This document shows positions 13,295-26,834 of a stretch of 64,000 nucleotides of DNA, in pieces. The notes beneath the pieces were generated by a model that worked only from the letters and a program-made list of their open reading frames with translations, ran no database searches and had not been told where the DNA came from. Within the stretch, counting starts at the first letter, position 1. Each line of letters begins with the position of its first letter. The stretch spans positions 20,956,001 to 21,020,000 of the forward strand of contig OZ260663.1 in assembly GCA_965285935.1 (NCBI GenBank). The letters are read 5' to 3'. A program made the translations under genes and the position numbers. The stretch comes from Ophelia neglecta. Lineage: Eukaryota.

Positions 13295-13720
13295 AATGCT
13301 TTTGTTTGCAAACTGTAAGGAGGTTATAAATTTAACTGACAGGGACAGTGTTACGAGAAGCGCCGCTGAGAAAAAATTGAAATGTAACAAAATAATAATT
13401 GATATTAAATGTTGTATATAATTCTAGTATTGTTCAGTACAAGTTTAACTCATTTCTTGATACATTTAAACTTATTCGGACCACAACGCAAATCAGTTGT
13501 TGTTTTGTACGCCTGACTACGCCATTAAACTGTGCCTATAATATCGTGCCAATAGGCACTTATCACGTGATATCGTTAGTTACCCCTCTCAGTGGAGCTA
13601 CACAAACTTTGCCGCCATGATGGATACATGTAAAACTGCACGGGCATAATATCAGCTCCAAAGTTTTTGTGATTTAGTCCAGTATCTATGCGTGATTCAG
13701 ACAGCCGAACATGTCATTGA

Positions 13721-14000
13721 GAAAATGCATATGATAATAATTAAACTGCAATTAATTACAACTCCCATGGTAAGAGATTCACACATTGTTTACTGCTGTA
13801 ACATTGCATTTCATTTACAAACTGTGAAAGTAAGATGACACACAAATTGCTAAAATATCCATTAGAAAATATAAATATGATTATATTAAACTGCAATTAA
13901 TTACAAGTCCCCTGGTCAGAGAACCACACAATGGCTACTATTGCGACATTGCAATTCATAAACAAAATGTCATAAACAAGATGACACACAAGTTGCTGAT
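13721..14000. repeat. Diverged tandem duplication of about 145 bp
   Basis: Shared blocks ATTAAACTGCAATTAATTACAA, ACATTGCA and AAGATGACACACAA in 13721-13856 and 13865-14000. Confidence 0.85.
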
Positions 14001-14971
14001 GTAATAGGCATATAAGACCCAATAATATAACTTGCACATTACCAAACCAGACTTATCTGTTATAATACAAAGTATAAATATATTCAAATGATTAAATAAT
14101 TAAGAACTAAATTATATAGCTGGACTGCCTTGTAACCGCTTTTGTCTTTTTTTGTCCACTAGCTGGCACTACTTGTCAGTGCTGGAGATGCATACAATAA
14201 TGTGATGGCATCGATATCGCCCTCTTGGCCAGGTTCAATGTACAGATATTACACAGCCTTCATCACTGAAATCCAGCTGGAATTAAACATTTAGTTCAAC
14301 AAAAAGACTCCCATGTATTTGGGATTAGCCTTGTGAAAATAGACAGATGACAACACAATGAACACTGGATGAATATATATAAATATTTAACTGTCAGTTT
14401 ACTGGTCGTAGGCTTTGTCAACGGTCAATATCGACAAGCTTTATAAAGGCTGCATCAGTATTTGCCATGACTATTGTTATTTTGTCCATAAAATGAATAA
14501 TTACATGACTTGCACAGTCCTAATACACCTCTATTACTGATCCGAATCAAAAATCTGCCGTGTGGCGGACGGGCGATAATATGGGTGATTTATAGGTTCT
14601 TGCGCATACAGTTCGACAGACTTATATTTATTTCTAAATGTTCTTCATGCTGGTTTTGACACGAGGTGATACGTTACAACACGAACCATCACAGGTAAAT
14701 TTTGCTAGGACTTTCTGGACTTGTTCGCGGTTTCCCTTTCTTAATGAGTTTTCTTCGCCGGACAAGAACGAACGCCGCTATAGTGTCGATAATACAGTAT
14801 ATCCTACAACTATGAAAAAATCGCGCTATTTGTAGAAATTGTTTAGTATGTATTTTATGCATTCATTCATATTTTTCTATATAGAGTGCATCATAATATA
14901 TAAGAATATTGTCTAAAAAGAATTCTTTAATATTAATCTGTGCATATTTCAATCTGATCCCATCATTGGTC

Positions 14972-15810
14972 TGTCCCTTATTCCGTCACGCATCCCACCA
15001 TTATACTACATTCATCACGATATCATTTCCCGTATCCAGTCCCTTTTTCCGACTCATATCCTATCATTACCGCATAAAACCCATATCATTTTCTTCATGC
15101 TGTCCCTTTTTTGGTCACACATCTTATCATTTCCACAATAATTTTCCTTATACCGCTCCTTATTCCGTCACGCAACCATCATCACGACACCCATACCCAA
15201 AGCTATTTCCTTATCCCTTCCCTTATTTAATCGCTCATCGTCTTATACCGCGTTCTTACCCTATCATTTTCCTTATCCAGTCCCTTATTCCGTACCACAT
15301 TTTATTATTACGACATACACTCCCTTTTCCCGTCCCTTTGTTTCGTTAAGCATCCTATAATTACTACATCCATGCCCAAAGCATTTCCTTTATCCCTTCT
15401 CTTTTTTCGTCACCTATTCTTATCACATTCGTACCTATATTATTTCCCTAATCTTCCACTTATTCTTTCACGCATCCCATCATTATCATATTTATACTCA
15501 TATCCTTTCCTTGAACCCGTCCCTTTTTCTGTCTCTCATCCTACCATTCCCACATCCATTCCTACAACCATTCCCTTATCCCGTCACGTATCTTTTATCA
15601 TTACTCTACCACTCATATAGCCACGTATTGTGCTGACCAATCCCTTGTTCGGTCACGCAATCAGTCATTACGATATCCTTGCACATCAGGTCCCTTGTTC
15701 CTTATTGTGTCACGTATCTTTCCCATCAACCCGTCCATTCCAGTGCCCGCCCCGTTCTTTTTTATGTCACTTATCTTTTTCATTAACCCGTCCGTTCCGG
15801 TACCCCATCA
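14972..15810. repeat. Degenerate pyrimidine-rich minisatellite, about 14 units of 52-66 bp
   Basis: Recurrent GTCCCTTATTCCGTCACGCATCCTATCATT...CATTTCCTTATCC-like unit starting near 14972, 15038, 15101, 15154, 15217, 15278, 15331, 15395, 15453, 15518, 15570, 15639, 15697 and 15752. Confidence 0.85.
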
Positions 15811-17319
15811 AACACTTTTTTCTGCTTATATGGCCGACACACAATTTTTTCCAAAGTCTTCACCCTAAAGCAGTCACGATGACACTATTACTGCTTTATC
15901 GAATAAAAATTAATTCAACGAATTTTTGTTTGTCCAAGATAAAATTAGGAGTGCAACTTTTGGTCTCAGGCGGCGTTCTTAGCTTAAATCTCATATTTTA
16001 GGTGTTTTCATCAGCGCTGGCCAGCTGATAAACGATACGCCATAGGTCGCAGTTTTTGACTCATCGCCTTCAAGCTCTCTGAGGATCTGCATGTCCTCGA
16101 TCCCCAGGGGTATATAGTTTTTGATGACATTCGCACCGGAATTTACTATTTATCGATGTAAAATTCATTTTCTTTTCGGAAAAACGCTGCAAAAACGAAA
16201 TTTCTTTTTCGGAAAAACGCTGCCAAAACGACAAGCTACAGCACTCACCAAGCAGACCTTTCTTGGCTCTTCTGGATTCTGTTATAAAAGATATCAATCG
16301 TTGTATGAAAAAGTCATTTCCTGTTTCAAAGTTTGTGTGTTGTATTTTAGGAACCAATTGTCGAAGCGACTTCCAGTAAAAATCAAATTGGACGCCTAGG
16401 TAAGCGAACCAACATGCTATAACGTTACTCTTATGCGCATCCGCAAACTTATATTATTGAGGCATGCGTAGCACCAAATTAAAATATTGCAGATTCAGTA
16501 CAGTTCTTTGAATGACTGTGGCGAAATTGTGTCTGCATCCTCCTTTTGGACAATTTGAAGCAAGTTTCCGCCTGGTTCAGACGTTTTTCATTTTTAGATA
16601 TACCACACATGTGTACCGGATGCTATCACGTGACAACTTTTTGACCTAGTGGTGTAATGTGTTATCAAAATGGTGTCCAGTCATTGTTTTGTCGAATGAT
16701 ATAAGCATATGTACTCAAGCTTTAAGAAAACGGGGTTAGCGATGGTACCGGTTGGTTCACGTTTTCGAGGTTATAACAGCTAAACGTCTGCTATTCCGCT
16801 TCAGTACAAATGACAACGCCTATGTGACGTATCCTGTCGAGTGGCCAATATTATATTTACCTATATGAAACCTTCCGCGTTGAATTAACTATATAATTTG
16901 CTATTTTTCTGCTTCAATGTTATTTAAGGGTTGAGTGTTAGTCAGTTTTTACTTAACGGGTATTCTATTACCCGAACGATGAAGGGCGATTTTACAAGGA
17001 AGAACCTTCATGTCTTTAACCTGTCTAGTGCACGATATTATGTCTAGTTATTTAATATTACGCCATAATGGAAGTCCAATCGTTGTTCTATCAAAATGCA
17101 TGCAAATCTTGTCATTAAGTCGAACGTTTACTTGGTTGGCGATTGTCCTTTTCACTCGCCTTTTTTAGCGTATAGTTAAAAGTCTGAAGAGATAACAAGT
17201 TATTTAACCTGTCACTGGGCAAATATAACATCTACGGACATACAGTTTTCAACATGATATTAATTATATGATTTGCTTTTTTTCGTATGCAACAACATAG
17301 GCCGGGACTTTACTGAGTG

Positions 17320-17640
17320 GTTGAGCGTTGGGCATTTTTCTTGGCAGTTTCCGATGAATAGCTATTTTACATGAAGTTTGCGTTTTGCCCCTAGCCTACA
17401 TATAATGAACGTTCTAGATTAGCCAATAATGGGATATTTGATGACATTTTGATATCTGCCGGTTGCCAGGGTGCAGTTCGAGACTGTACACTTGCAGCCC
17501 TACCCTTTTTATGATAACTGTTTTGCACAGGTGCAACTCGAACCCATCTCTTTCACTTATTCCAATGATTGTCAATTCACAAATCACTCTATATTTTATG
17601 TATGCTGCGGTTCAGCCAATTATGCACATAGAAACTCCTT
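17320..17640 (+). mobile_element. Decayed non-LTR RT fragment (L1/Tx1-like)
   Basis: Frameshifted peptides VERWAFFLAV, YNERSRLANNG, GCQG, SPTLFMI and FMYAA occur in the order of the RT motifs VEW.FL / LY...NNG / QGCPLSP.LF / YADD. Confidence 0.45.
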
Positions 17641-18643
17641 TCTAATGCCAATTTGAAGGTAAATGTCAGCGCTAATATTGAGCGCTACGCGCTCTCGTTG
17701 CTGATACTTAGCTTTTCCAAAAGAATGTAGATGAACTATATGTCCTGGAGTCCCTCATGTGAACAAACTTGTGATGCAATGCAACACCATAAATAAATAT
17801 TCAGGAAACGGACAAACTACTTACTCGCTTGCCGTTTCCCACATGGCCTTTTACACCAAATACTACTTCATCACTTGTGCTGGAGAGATTAAAAAACACA
17901 ATGTCCATCAGGTTTACCCTAGACCCAGTGTGTGGCCAAGAATAATACCTTTATCACCCTTTAAACAAAACAAAAATACGCATGGAAAGTTCACGATTCT
18001 AAAGCAAACAGTCGCCTTAATATTGTTTTTAGTATTAAAAGCCCATTCTTAACAAACGTCTTGATGTATGCTAGGGGCATAAGAGTAGCATGCGATGGAT
18101 ATAGCATTTTAAAATGTTACAATATACGTCTTGTGTCCTGTTGTCCGATGCTCTTCCATGCACGATACCAAATTGTAACAGACAACAGTGACTGGCTGGG
18201 CCTATATTACCATGATTAACAAAACCTTTCTTCCCTTCAGAGAGAGTCAGATTTACGATTAGTTACTTTATATTCAGATCTCCTACATTCGAACAGACCA
18301 CTACAGTGCCACCTCCGTCGAGATTCAACGGGCGACTTTTGAAAGAACACAGCCTACTGTATGGCTATCTCGGGGAGGCTTCTGAATCTATATCTAGAAT
18401 GAATTAGGTCGGGTAAACACTTCGCTAATCTAGCTGTAACCCAGACCTAGCTTATCAATGCCGGTCAGACTGGGGCAGACAGATAAGCCGCACACTTAGT
18501 CAACTGTAAAACAGAACATTTTCGCCCACTGGATATGTTCCCGAATGGTGCTAAATTCGCGTAATTTCTAGCTGAAAATATTCCGCTTTACATTGCCAAG
18601 TAAGCCCTTCGTACAAACTGTTGAACATTTCAAGCACTACACC

Positions 18644-20544
18644 ATGGCAAGTAAGTTGTCTTCCTATTTTCGTGTATGAAATAAGAGCAAATTAGTATTT
18701 AGGTTATAAACACTTTCAAATACTACCTCTACTGATGTCCCTATTTCATATCATGTAATGTTATTTGGTTACAGTTTCGAGAATGTAGTTAGCATTTGTG
18801 CATTAGATGTCCTGGGTATCTCTCCTATGATTGGCATGGTATCGATATAGCCATACACTTTCAGTGTATGCATTCATTTGAGTGTACAATGGTCCCTTGA
18901 AACGAGTCCTTGGGCGAAGTATGGGGCAGATTAAACCTGTCAAAGTTGTTATTAGTAGGTAGAAGTGTATGTAATGGACTAATCTCTCTTGTAAAAAGGA
19001 GAAAAGCGATGTAATTGCCCCGCAAACTTATGAGACCGATAGTGGGAGTTCACGGCCTTAAAGTCTGGTGACTATGTAAGTCTTATCTCTTAGTAAGTCT
19101 ACTTTGTAAGTCTTTTTACTTAGTAAAGACACGTTCAGCTTTTCCGAGTCCCAAGCTCATCCTTGTTCGTCCAGCCGATACGGCCAATTCACCACCTATA
19201 ACATTCCCTGATACGTGTCATATTCTACTCATTTGTTCCGTTTTTTCTCTGAAGTTACAATTCACCCAATGCATTAGTTTGTCTACCCAAACGCCATCCA
19301 GAACGGTCAGTGAACAGGGCGCTTGATGCGCAGAACCCATTATAAGGAATGGCACGTGCAATGTCTAATTCGTTTATGCTGACTGTAATTGTCAAATGAA
19401 AGGATATAACGAATTACATGATACATAGGCAGACGTCTAAAATAACCTTTAATAAAAAACCAAAGAACAGTAGCGATCCCTATTCCTTACTGTTTTAGGT
19501 GAAGAAATAAAAGCTCGCACTGGCCAATGGATGGCGCTGTACGCGGCCGGCGACTTTACAAAGTTAGCTGATGATCTTTATACTCCAGACTGTAAGATGC
19601 TTATCCCGACAATGCAAATGGCTTCCGGACCAAAAGGTGATAACCTATAAACTAAGCTACATGTATATACATATACAACAACAACATATATGCAAGAATG
19701 ATTAGATTCTTACTTTAAATTCAAACTGTAATGTTGGTGAAAGACGAGTCATAAGTTCGACTGAAGATAGCAATATCTCTGCTTTAATACACCTCAATAA
19801 CATTGCCTTTTTGCTACGAGGGACATTTGTGAGGAGACAGAAACCTGTAAAAGTAGCGAAAATGTTAATGGTATACAGTGTTATTAATGTAATCTTACCA
19901 ACAAAGATGCGAATAATACTTAAATATGTCTATTGAGAAGTAGGAAACATTACATTTTGGTAATAAACACAATATTCCTAACATTAGGATTCTTTTGGGA
20001 CGGTTGATTATACATAAATAAAACCCAATAAAAGCTATCATTTTTCTTATAACTAAAGCATTCTTTTGCTCAAGCTGTTGCTGCTGTGTTCACTGAGCTG
20101 AACAAGGCGGGCATTGTCGATATGACCATCGAGTCTAAAGAACTGCTGGAGTGTGGGGACGTTTACATCGATAGAGGATACTACACCATGCATAAAACTG
20201 ACAAACAACTATTTGAAAAGGGAAAGTGAGTGGCTTGTTTTTTACATTTTAGTTAAACTGAAGTTGGTGACCAAATGACTTAAAAACAAGACGCTTATAA
20301 CTGTTAACATAAAGCTTTGAAATCAATTTCGAAGAACAACCATGTGTTCTTATTCTACAAAGGCGCGTATTCATCTTTATGTCATTTGCTGCTTTCTTAA
20401 AGATAAATATTTTCTAACTTTTATACAATATTTATTGTGTTTGCTTTATGGTACTCAAGTGCTGTCATGGTTTGGAAACGTATTGGTGGAAAATTGAAAA
20501 TACATTTTGACTGCCCAGCTGCTGAGCATCCGCCGTTACCTTAG
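18644..20544 (+). CDS. Four-exon gene for a 126-aa NTF2-like protein (DUF4440 / SnoaL-like / YybH family); join(18644..18650,19499..19636,20075..20225,20460..20544)
   Basis: Kozak accATGG. All introns are GT-AG (donors gtaagt, gtgata, gtgagt; acceptors ttttag, ctcaag, ctcaag) and the phases are compatible (7+138+151+85=381 nt). Protein: MASEEIKARTGQWMALYAAGDFTKLADDLYTPDCKMLIPTMQMASGPKAVAAVFTELNKAGIVDMTIESKELLECGDVYIDRGYYTMHKTDKQLFEKGNAVMVWKRIGGKLKIHFDCPAAEHPPLP. It matches the family pattern GD...LA.LYT.D....P......G...GD.....G.Y...G....VWK...G..KI..D. Confidence 0.9.
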
Positions 20545-20596
20545 TTTTGGTCTTTTCGTTTAGACTGAGATTCAACTCTTTATTAATTGAGTGAAG

Positions 20597-20602
20597 AATA
20601 AA
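20597..20602 (+). promoter_or_regulatory. Candidate polyadenylation signal of the DUF4440-like gene
   Basis: AATAAA about 50 nt after the TAG at 20542-20544; a second AATAAA lies near 20656. Confidence 0.5.
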
Positions 20603-20896
20603 AAGTTGATAAAATAGTTAAACATCTACATCTTAAATTTGAAATGTTTCTTTTCAATAAAGATTTCGGAAGCTTTACAAATGTATTCGAGTTGATTTCC
20701 TCCCATGCGAAAATAAGAAAAGTATAAACAAACAAAATGTGTTTTTTACATGCGAAAGTTAGAAAAGTATAAACAAAAATGTTTATCATCGACAACGCGG
20801 TTTCTGATGCCAGGTTAACTTCTTTGTAACAAATACACAATGCATTGTGTGAACGTTGTCCCTTATTCAGTGGTTTAAAAGATCCTATTTATATTA

Positions 20897-21072
20897 CAGT
20901 GAAACCTGTCTTAAAGACCACCTTTATAATCAGACCACCTGCCAACCCAGACCAATAATATACAGACCATAGTATACAGTTTAAATGAAATAACCTATGT
21001 AAACAGACCACCTCTGTAATCAGACCAGTTTTTGCCAATTCCTTGCGTGTTCTTAATTCTCAGGTTCCCCTT
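20897..21072. mobile_element. Tc1/mariner-type MITE, family B copy 1
   Basis: TA|CAGTGAAACCTGTCTTAAAGACC ... TCTTAATTCTCAGGTTCCCCTT|TA; internal CAGACCA repeats; aligns with 24934-25111. Confidence 0.85.
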
Positions 21073-23104
21073 TATATGAATGAAAATTAAAGGCTATACT
21101 TGGAGTGGCAGATTTCTCCGTAAGTGGTCAAGTGACTAACCCAGTGCCGTCCTGGATAGAATTGAATAAGTTTGATAAAACCCTGTTACTGTCCATGTTT
21201 CGCTCACCAACATGGCAATTACAATTTGCAGATAAATAAAAAAATGAGTTAGTATCATAACAACTGGAAACCGTCGCCTAAGACCGTATGCGGCGGGTAT
21301 TTTATTAATATACATCGTAACTAATATTTCCAGGCGCCCTGTTAAAGATGGTGTTTTCCTTAAATAGGGGCCATGTTAATAAATTTCCAATATTCACTTC
21401 TGCTAAAATATGGTAAGCGTCTAGTTTGTTTAGAGCTCTTTTAATTATAAGCTAGGTTGATATCGATATAAATTACAAAGATCTTGTCGCCAGTTAAAAT
21501 AGTTCAGATGCAAATGACATCTGTTGAGTATTCATCTGCAATTTGTTATTAGGAAGATATGTTTACACAATCCCTAACAAAATTGATCTGGGCTTCCGTC
21601 ATACAAATGATAGCACTCCTTAACCATATCAACTGCTTAACGCGCATGTCAAAGCTGATTGATTTCTGGGCTTTTAGGGCAGATTGAACGCATTATGTAT
21701 AGTCCGTTTGATATTTTGTCTTCATTCATCAGCCCATAGTAATAGGACAAGGAATTGGTATTATCCAGCTTAGATAATAGACATTACTGAAAATACCTGT
21801 ACCTTTTCGGGGGCCCAGTTGACCTTAAGTTAAGTAGCGAATTTTTTCCTTGTTAATTTTCTAGAAATCCACTCCCGATGTTAGAGTATCTTAAAGATAG
21901 AAAAATGTCTAAATGGTACTCTGTCTTCGAATTTCTAACTAGATAGGTAAAAGCGCCTTAAGCTGCCTGTGATAACCGCATGCCCAGAGGATCCTTATTG
22001 CCTTCGGTACTTAGTTCGGCGGTGATATTTGGCAAGCAGGTCGTATTGCTTTCAGTAAGGTTGGTACCGACGCGTTAAACTAGCAGACCCTTTGACAAGG
22101 TTGCGAAACATTGGCTGTAAAGATCTGTTTGGGTACCGCGCGAGCCTTTATGTGTCCGGAGATAGCCATTTCACGTCTCTGAACAAGAGTATATAATCAG
22201 GGGGAGAGGGTGTGAGCCCATTTACCTTGGAGAATAACCATTACTGCCGGCATAACTTCTCCTTTGTTTCAGGACAAATTGTTCGTAAGGCTGACGACGC
22301 TACTTTACTTCCTTTCTTGTCCAATTAACGGTGTATCAAGCAGTAGAGCTGATAATGGGGAACGTAAATGGATCTGCTCCATCCCTATACATGCCATATG
22401 TAGATTCAAACCTACCGATGTTTCACCATCTTGAAAAACGTCTCCTCACTGTAGGTTGCACAGTAAACTTACGGCAATAAGAAGTCTTTGGTCTTACACC
22501 GATATCAAATGTTTGAATTGGTTTCGTAACTCATTTTCCATCTTTCGAGGAAAAAACTCTAGCTAACAATGGGACAGCTTCGAAATTAATTTTATTTCCA
22601 AAAATTCATTTTTTTTTTTACAAAATGGTATTAACTTTGTCTTTTGTATGACGTAAAATGATTTACTGAAGGGTGTCTTTCATCCGAATATAAACAACGT
22701 TGTTTAAAGAGTGTGCTGGTTAACTTAGCAGCACAACGAATGAAGTAGTATCTTTCGGGCGAATAAGGTGTGAAAATAACTTCAACATTAAAAATCAGTA
22801 ATGCTAACTTGAAAAAGCTTAATATGAATCGTCTTTATCTTTAAATCAAATTAATGCTAAATATCCAAAACACATTGTAATTAAGCTAATTTGATTCCTT
22901 TTCCACCTCACTTTTTTTTGCAAAGTCTGGATCGACCAAACTCTTGCATTAATATGCCTTCGTATCTGACATACAAAAACTCGAACAGTTACAAAGTGAT
23001 GGCAAATTTCTATTCATTTAATATTATAGTTATCATTCAAGCACAGTTCTTTATTATTCTGCCAGACAATTCGTGAATAATACCAAGTAATTTTACATTA
23101 CCGA

Positions 23105-23240
23105 TTATTTTTTCAGTTCGTATCCCAGAGTCAGAAGGCAGGTGGGACGCCTAGTGAATTTTATTTCTGTGTCGATGTGGTTCAGCTGGTGTGTGAACGG
23201 ATTCGCATGACTTTCCCACTTTTTTCCAATTGCGTAGTTT
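23105..23240 (-). mobile_element. Penelope-like reverse transcriptase relic
   Basis: FTHQLNHIDTEIKFTR resembles the conserved F..HLNSI...IKFT.E motif downstream of YVDD in Penelope-like RTs. Confidence 0.55.
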
Positions 23241-24933
23241 CTTAGAAGCAACTTGTCCATTGTGGTGGTCACCCGCATCGAGTGACAGTTCCGAATAGGG
23301 ATCTGATGCATTTAAATGTTGTGCTATGATTTTGATGCGAATTATAGTCAACCTACATGATTTTAATAGGCCGGAGTCAATACCAATACCAATACCGAAA
23401 GATGGGATAACACCTTAACGTCACGCTTTCCTCAGCTGGTGAACGAAGTTTCTGTGTAAATTATTCTATGCTACTTATGAACCTATTTCTTAGCATGTAA
23501 TGTATTAGTTACATAATCTAGGGCGTATTTAACATCGCTGTCTTAAGGGCTCTTGATAGTTAATGATTTGACAAATTTGGAGTTTACTCCTAGTAAATAT
23601 ACCTGATGATAAATGGATTCTCCATCATTTGTTCAAACGACATGAAAAACTGTGCCACCGTCTTCTGACTGTTTCCAGACACCAACCTTTATGATTTGCA
23701 AAAAATTAATTAATTGAATTAATTAAGGGATATATATATAGACATAGGTCATTAAAGAAGCAAAAAATGTTAATGATTGCTGTATTGAGTGAAATAAAAG
23801 TACCGATTTGAATAAAATATTAGCGGGTTTATCAGAGACAGAGTGAAAAGTCATTTCAATTGGGAACAAATATTTTAAAGTATTGTATTATGCTAACAGA
23901 TGAGATCATTTCAAGGTTGTGTTATAATCTGAAAAAGGAAAACAACATATGTGGTCCGTATATGGAGGTTTGATGATGGACTGTAAACTCTCTGACTCAG
24001 GTCACGATGAAACCCTTTGCCATCAAATTTGGGAAAACAGTCCGGTTTGATTGGCAATTAGGTTCTCATGGCAACCAGATAGTTAGAAAAATCCTATCTA
24101 TTTGACCAACGGTGCCTTTAATAGCGCCAGTGAATCAAGAATCAGCTCCTCTAGCCCAATCAATGGATCTCCTGATTGAAGTCACATCGCTGACTGCGCC
24201 ATAATTTACTATAAAACTGGTTAAATATTTGAACACAATTATGGGAAGAGAATTGCCTGAAGGCTTATCAAGGTAAATCAAAGTAATGTAGTAACAGCTT
24301 GCCATTCTTAAGTACTTGGAATGATGAGAAGCTCAACCAATGTACAGCGTGTTTAATTGTTAGTAGAAAGTCCACTTTACAGTCAGAAAAAAGATAATTT
24401 CTTTTTATATGACATTAAAACCTCATGCTTTTGAGCGCATATCTCAAGCCTTATCCCCTACAAACTACATGACAGCAAGACATGCGATCCTTTACATTCA
24501 ATTTGTGACATTCATTAGCATATACCATTTATATTATTCATCTTTCTCGGACTTCGGCTGCTGGTCGCTGTGTAATTTGGACCGATTTAATGAAGTGTTA
24601 TTCCTTATTGATTTTTTTGGCTGCCGGGTAGCCACTTACGTATTACGTTTGAAGTTATTACTGTACTAGCATAGGAAGCGATTTCACACCAAAACGTGAG
24701 TAAACAACTGGCAGAAAATAGAAAATCATTAAACAAAAAACTCCAATTAAATAGTTTCGAATTACATAGTACTCTCCTTAGCTCCGATTATGCATCATAA
24801 GTCCCAATTACCACTGTTTTTAGATGTCTTGGGAGTTGTATGCTCTTCGACGCCTCATTTACTCCACTGTTGTAAGTGTTGCATGTTGATACTAACTTAC
24901 CATTTGTGGTTATTATTTGCGGTTTTGTCAATA

Positions 24934-25111
24934 CAGTGAAACCTGCCTTAAAGACCTACTCTATAATCAGACCACCTGTCAATCCAGACCACTGATATGA
25001 GTACAGTGATGTATACTTTCAATGTTGATTAACCTGTCTAAACAGGCCAGCTCTGAAATTAGACCAGTATTTTCCAGTCCCTTGGTTGGTCTTAATTCAC
25101 AGGCGTCACTG
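24934..25111. mobile_element. Tc1/mariner-type MITE, family B copy 2
   Basis: TA|CAGTGAAACCTG ... GGTCTTAATTCACAGGCGTCACTG|TA; TA target duplication and CAGTG termini. Confidence 0.88.
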
Positions 25112-26256
25112 TACTTTATAGCCGTGGTTGTTTGCCTCGTTGAGATGTATCTGCTGGCCTATTGACGGGTCTACTTGCAGGGGCGAGATTCAAACGGTCA
25201 GTTTCTAATTTTTGATCGTTCATTAATGGCTCAAAATGAGGCTGTTGACCTATTATTAGATTCATATGATCTGAATTGTACTATGATGATTGTTCAATGT
25301 TTTCATTGTGCTGTGTAAGCATTTGTTTGAAAAGATAAGAAAGCAATGGATAGTTTTCTGCACGTGTTACTGTGTAAATTATTACCCGGCATTGGCTGTG
25401 CAGGCGGTTTGTTTGGCTGAGGCTTTAGCCACTATTGTTTGTGCATTGTTTTTTGTATGAGAGGATCATTGGCCTTTTTGCTACCTTCCCATGTTGAGCA
25501 AGATCTTTGGCGATGCGAATATTCAGGGCGCTGAGATTTAAGTTTTCACTTGATACAACGCTAAATTGCCCGGCTTCTGATTGTGGCCTTCGAAATTTTC
25601 GAAAATACATTACCGTCATCGAAAATCATAATTTTGTCACTGAAAATGTAAACTTTGGCATAACATGCTTCTGCCCACCCGGATAGCGTATACGGAGTGT
25701 ACGTCCCTAGCGAAGAGTTTGCTTAGGTTAACCTTTTGAGATTAATCAATGACTTTGTTTACCTGCCCGTATGATCTGAGGGAGATGACAACCATCCTTT
25801 GTTGCCTGTCTTTTCCTGCCTCTTTTTAAGAAAAGGGAATTGAACGTGGTTATGAGCTCTGGTCATGAACGAGATAGAAGCTCTTTGGATATGCATTGCT
25901 TGACTAAATCGATGTAAAGTTGGACCTTGTCGTCTTGTATACTTTGTGAAAATGCGTCTTTTAATTCATCCCCGTTAGCAGTTTTTCGAAGTGTGCAGTT
26001 TGCTAAATAGTGCAGGCTTCCGTGGAAACTGCGATTGTGTTCGCCTTGATATTTTGTTTAATTGCCTCAAGCTAGGAGTTAAGTCGCTTGACTCAATCCT
26101 TACAGCGTCTGACAGCTTTCTGGCCGTCTCCTTACGTCGTTGGTAAGTCTTTAACAACAATTCATTGCTGTAATTTTCACTCATCTCGAGGTTTAAACAG
26201 ACGAGGCAAGTAATGTTGCCACAAATATCACACGAAAACTATACATCAGCAAATTG

Positions 26257-26365
26257 GTATTCTGGTTTACCATTTGGGTGGGGAGAGGCACATGAGAAAT
26301 GAAGCTGCTTGCCCAAAGAACCAAACGCTGCCACCAGTAGGGGTTCGAGTTCTAGTCCCTTAGGC
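26257..26365 (-). mobile_element. tRNA-derived SINE fragment
   Basis: The plus strand reads TGGGTGGGGAGAGGCA..TGAGA...AAG...CTTGCCCAAAGAAC...GGGGTTCGA. This is the reverse complement of the common B-box + GTGTCCTTGGGCAAG core arrangement. A weaker relative lies at about 48450-48520. Confidence 0.55.
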
Positions 26366-26834
26366 TTACCCGGAATACAGAATGTTTTTATCCTCTGCCA
26401 TATCGTAAAGTTTCAGGCCAGATGTAAATAATTTTTTCCAGGGCTATCAACAGAATTCAAAAACTGGACATCGTACAGTGATCGATAACATCAGTGGGAG
26501 GAGTGCTGCGTAATACTAGGCAGCCCCTCGGGAATATGTAGGTTTACGTTAAAGGTCTTTCCCTATGGCAGGTTTTTCCTGCTGGCTAACTCTTGCAGTG
26601 TCTCTCTCATTTATCAAATACGTATGTGATAAAATCCCTAGACTCTTTGATCAGTCTTGTTCATAAAAAAACACGAATCTGTTTGCAGGCATATTTTTCC
26701 CTAACAAAGCCCCAGGAAATATACCTTAGTAGTTTCCAGCTCTCATTTCACTTTGCGGATGTTCGTTTCTGATTTGGACCGATTTAATGATTTTCAAGAT
26801 TAACGATTTTGATTTGTTTGTCGTCTATCCATTC

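Noticed and set aside
14909-16001. Three F/P/S/H-rich ORFs; repeat-spacer appearance like a CRISPR array
   Set aside because: The ORFs arise from a G-poor minisatellite. The repeats are degenerate and the inter-core segments resemble each other, unlike unique spacers.
2667-20544. Functional cluster of ligand, glycosyltransferase and NTF2-like gene
   Set aside because: Being on the same strand and near each other is not evidence of a pathway in an animal genome; it would need synteny and co-expression data.
20704-20785. Two-copy short tandem duplications (also about 16168-16232, 38658-38690 and 54301/54465)
   Set aside because: Ordinary local duplications with no sign of function.
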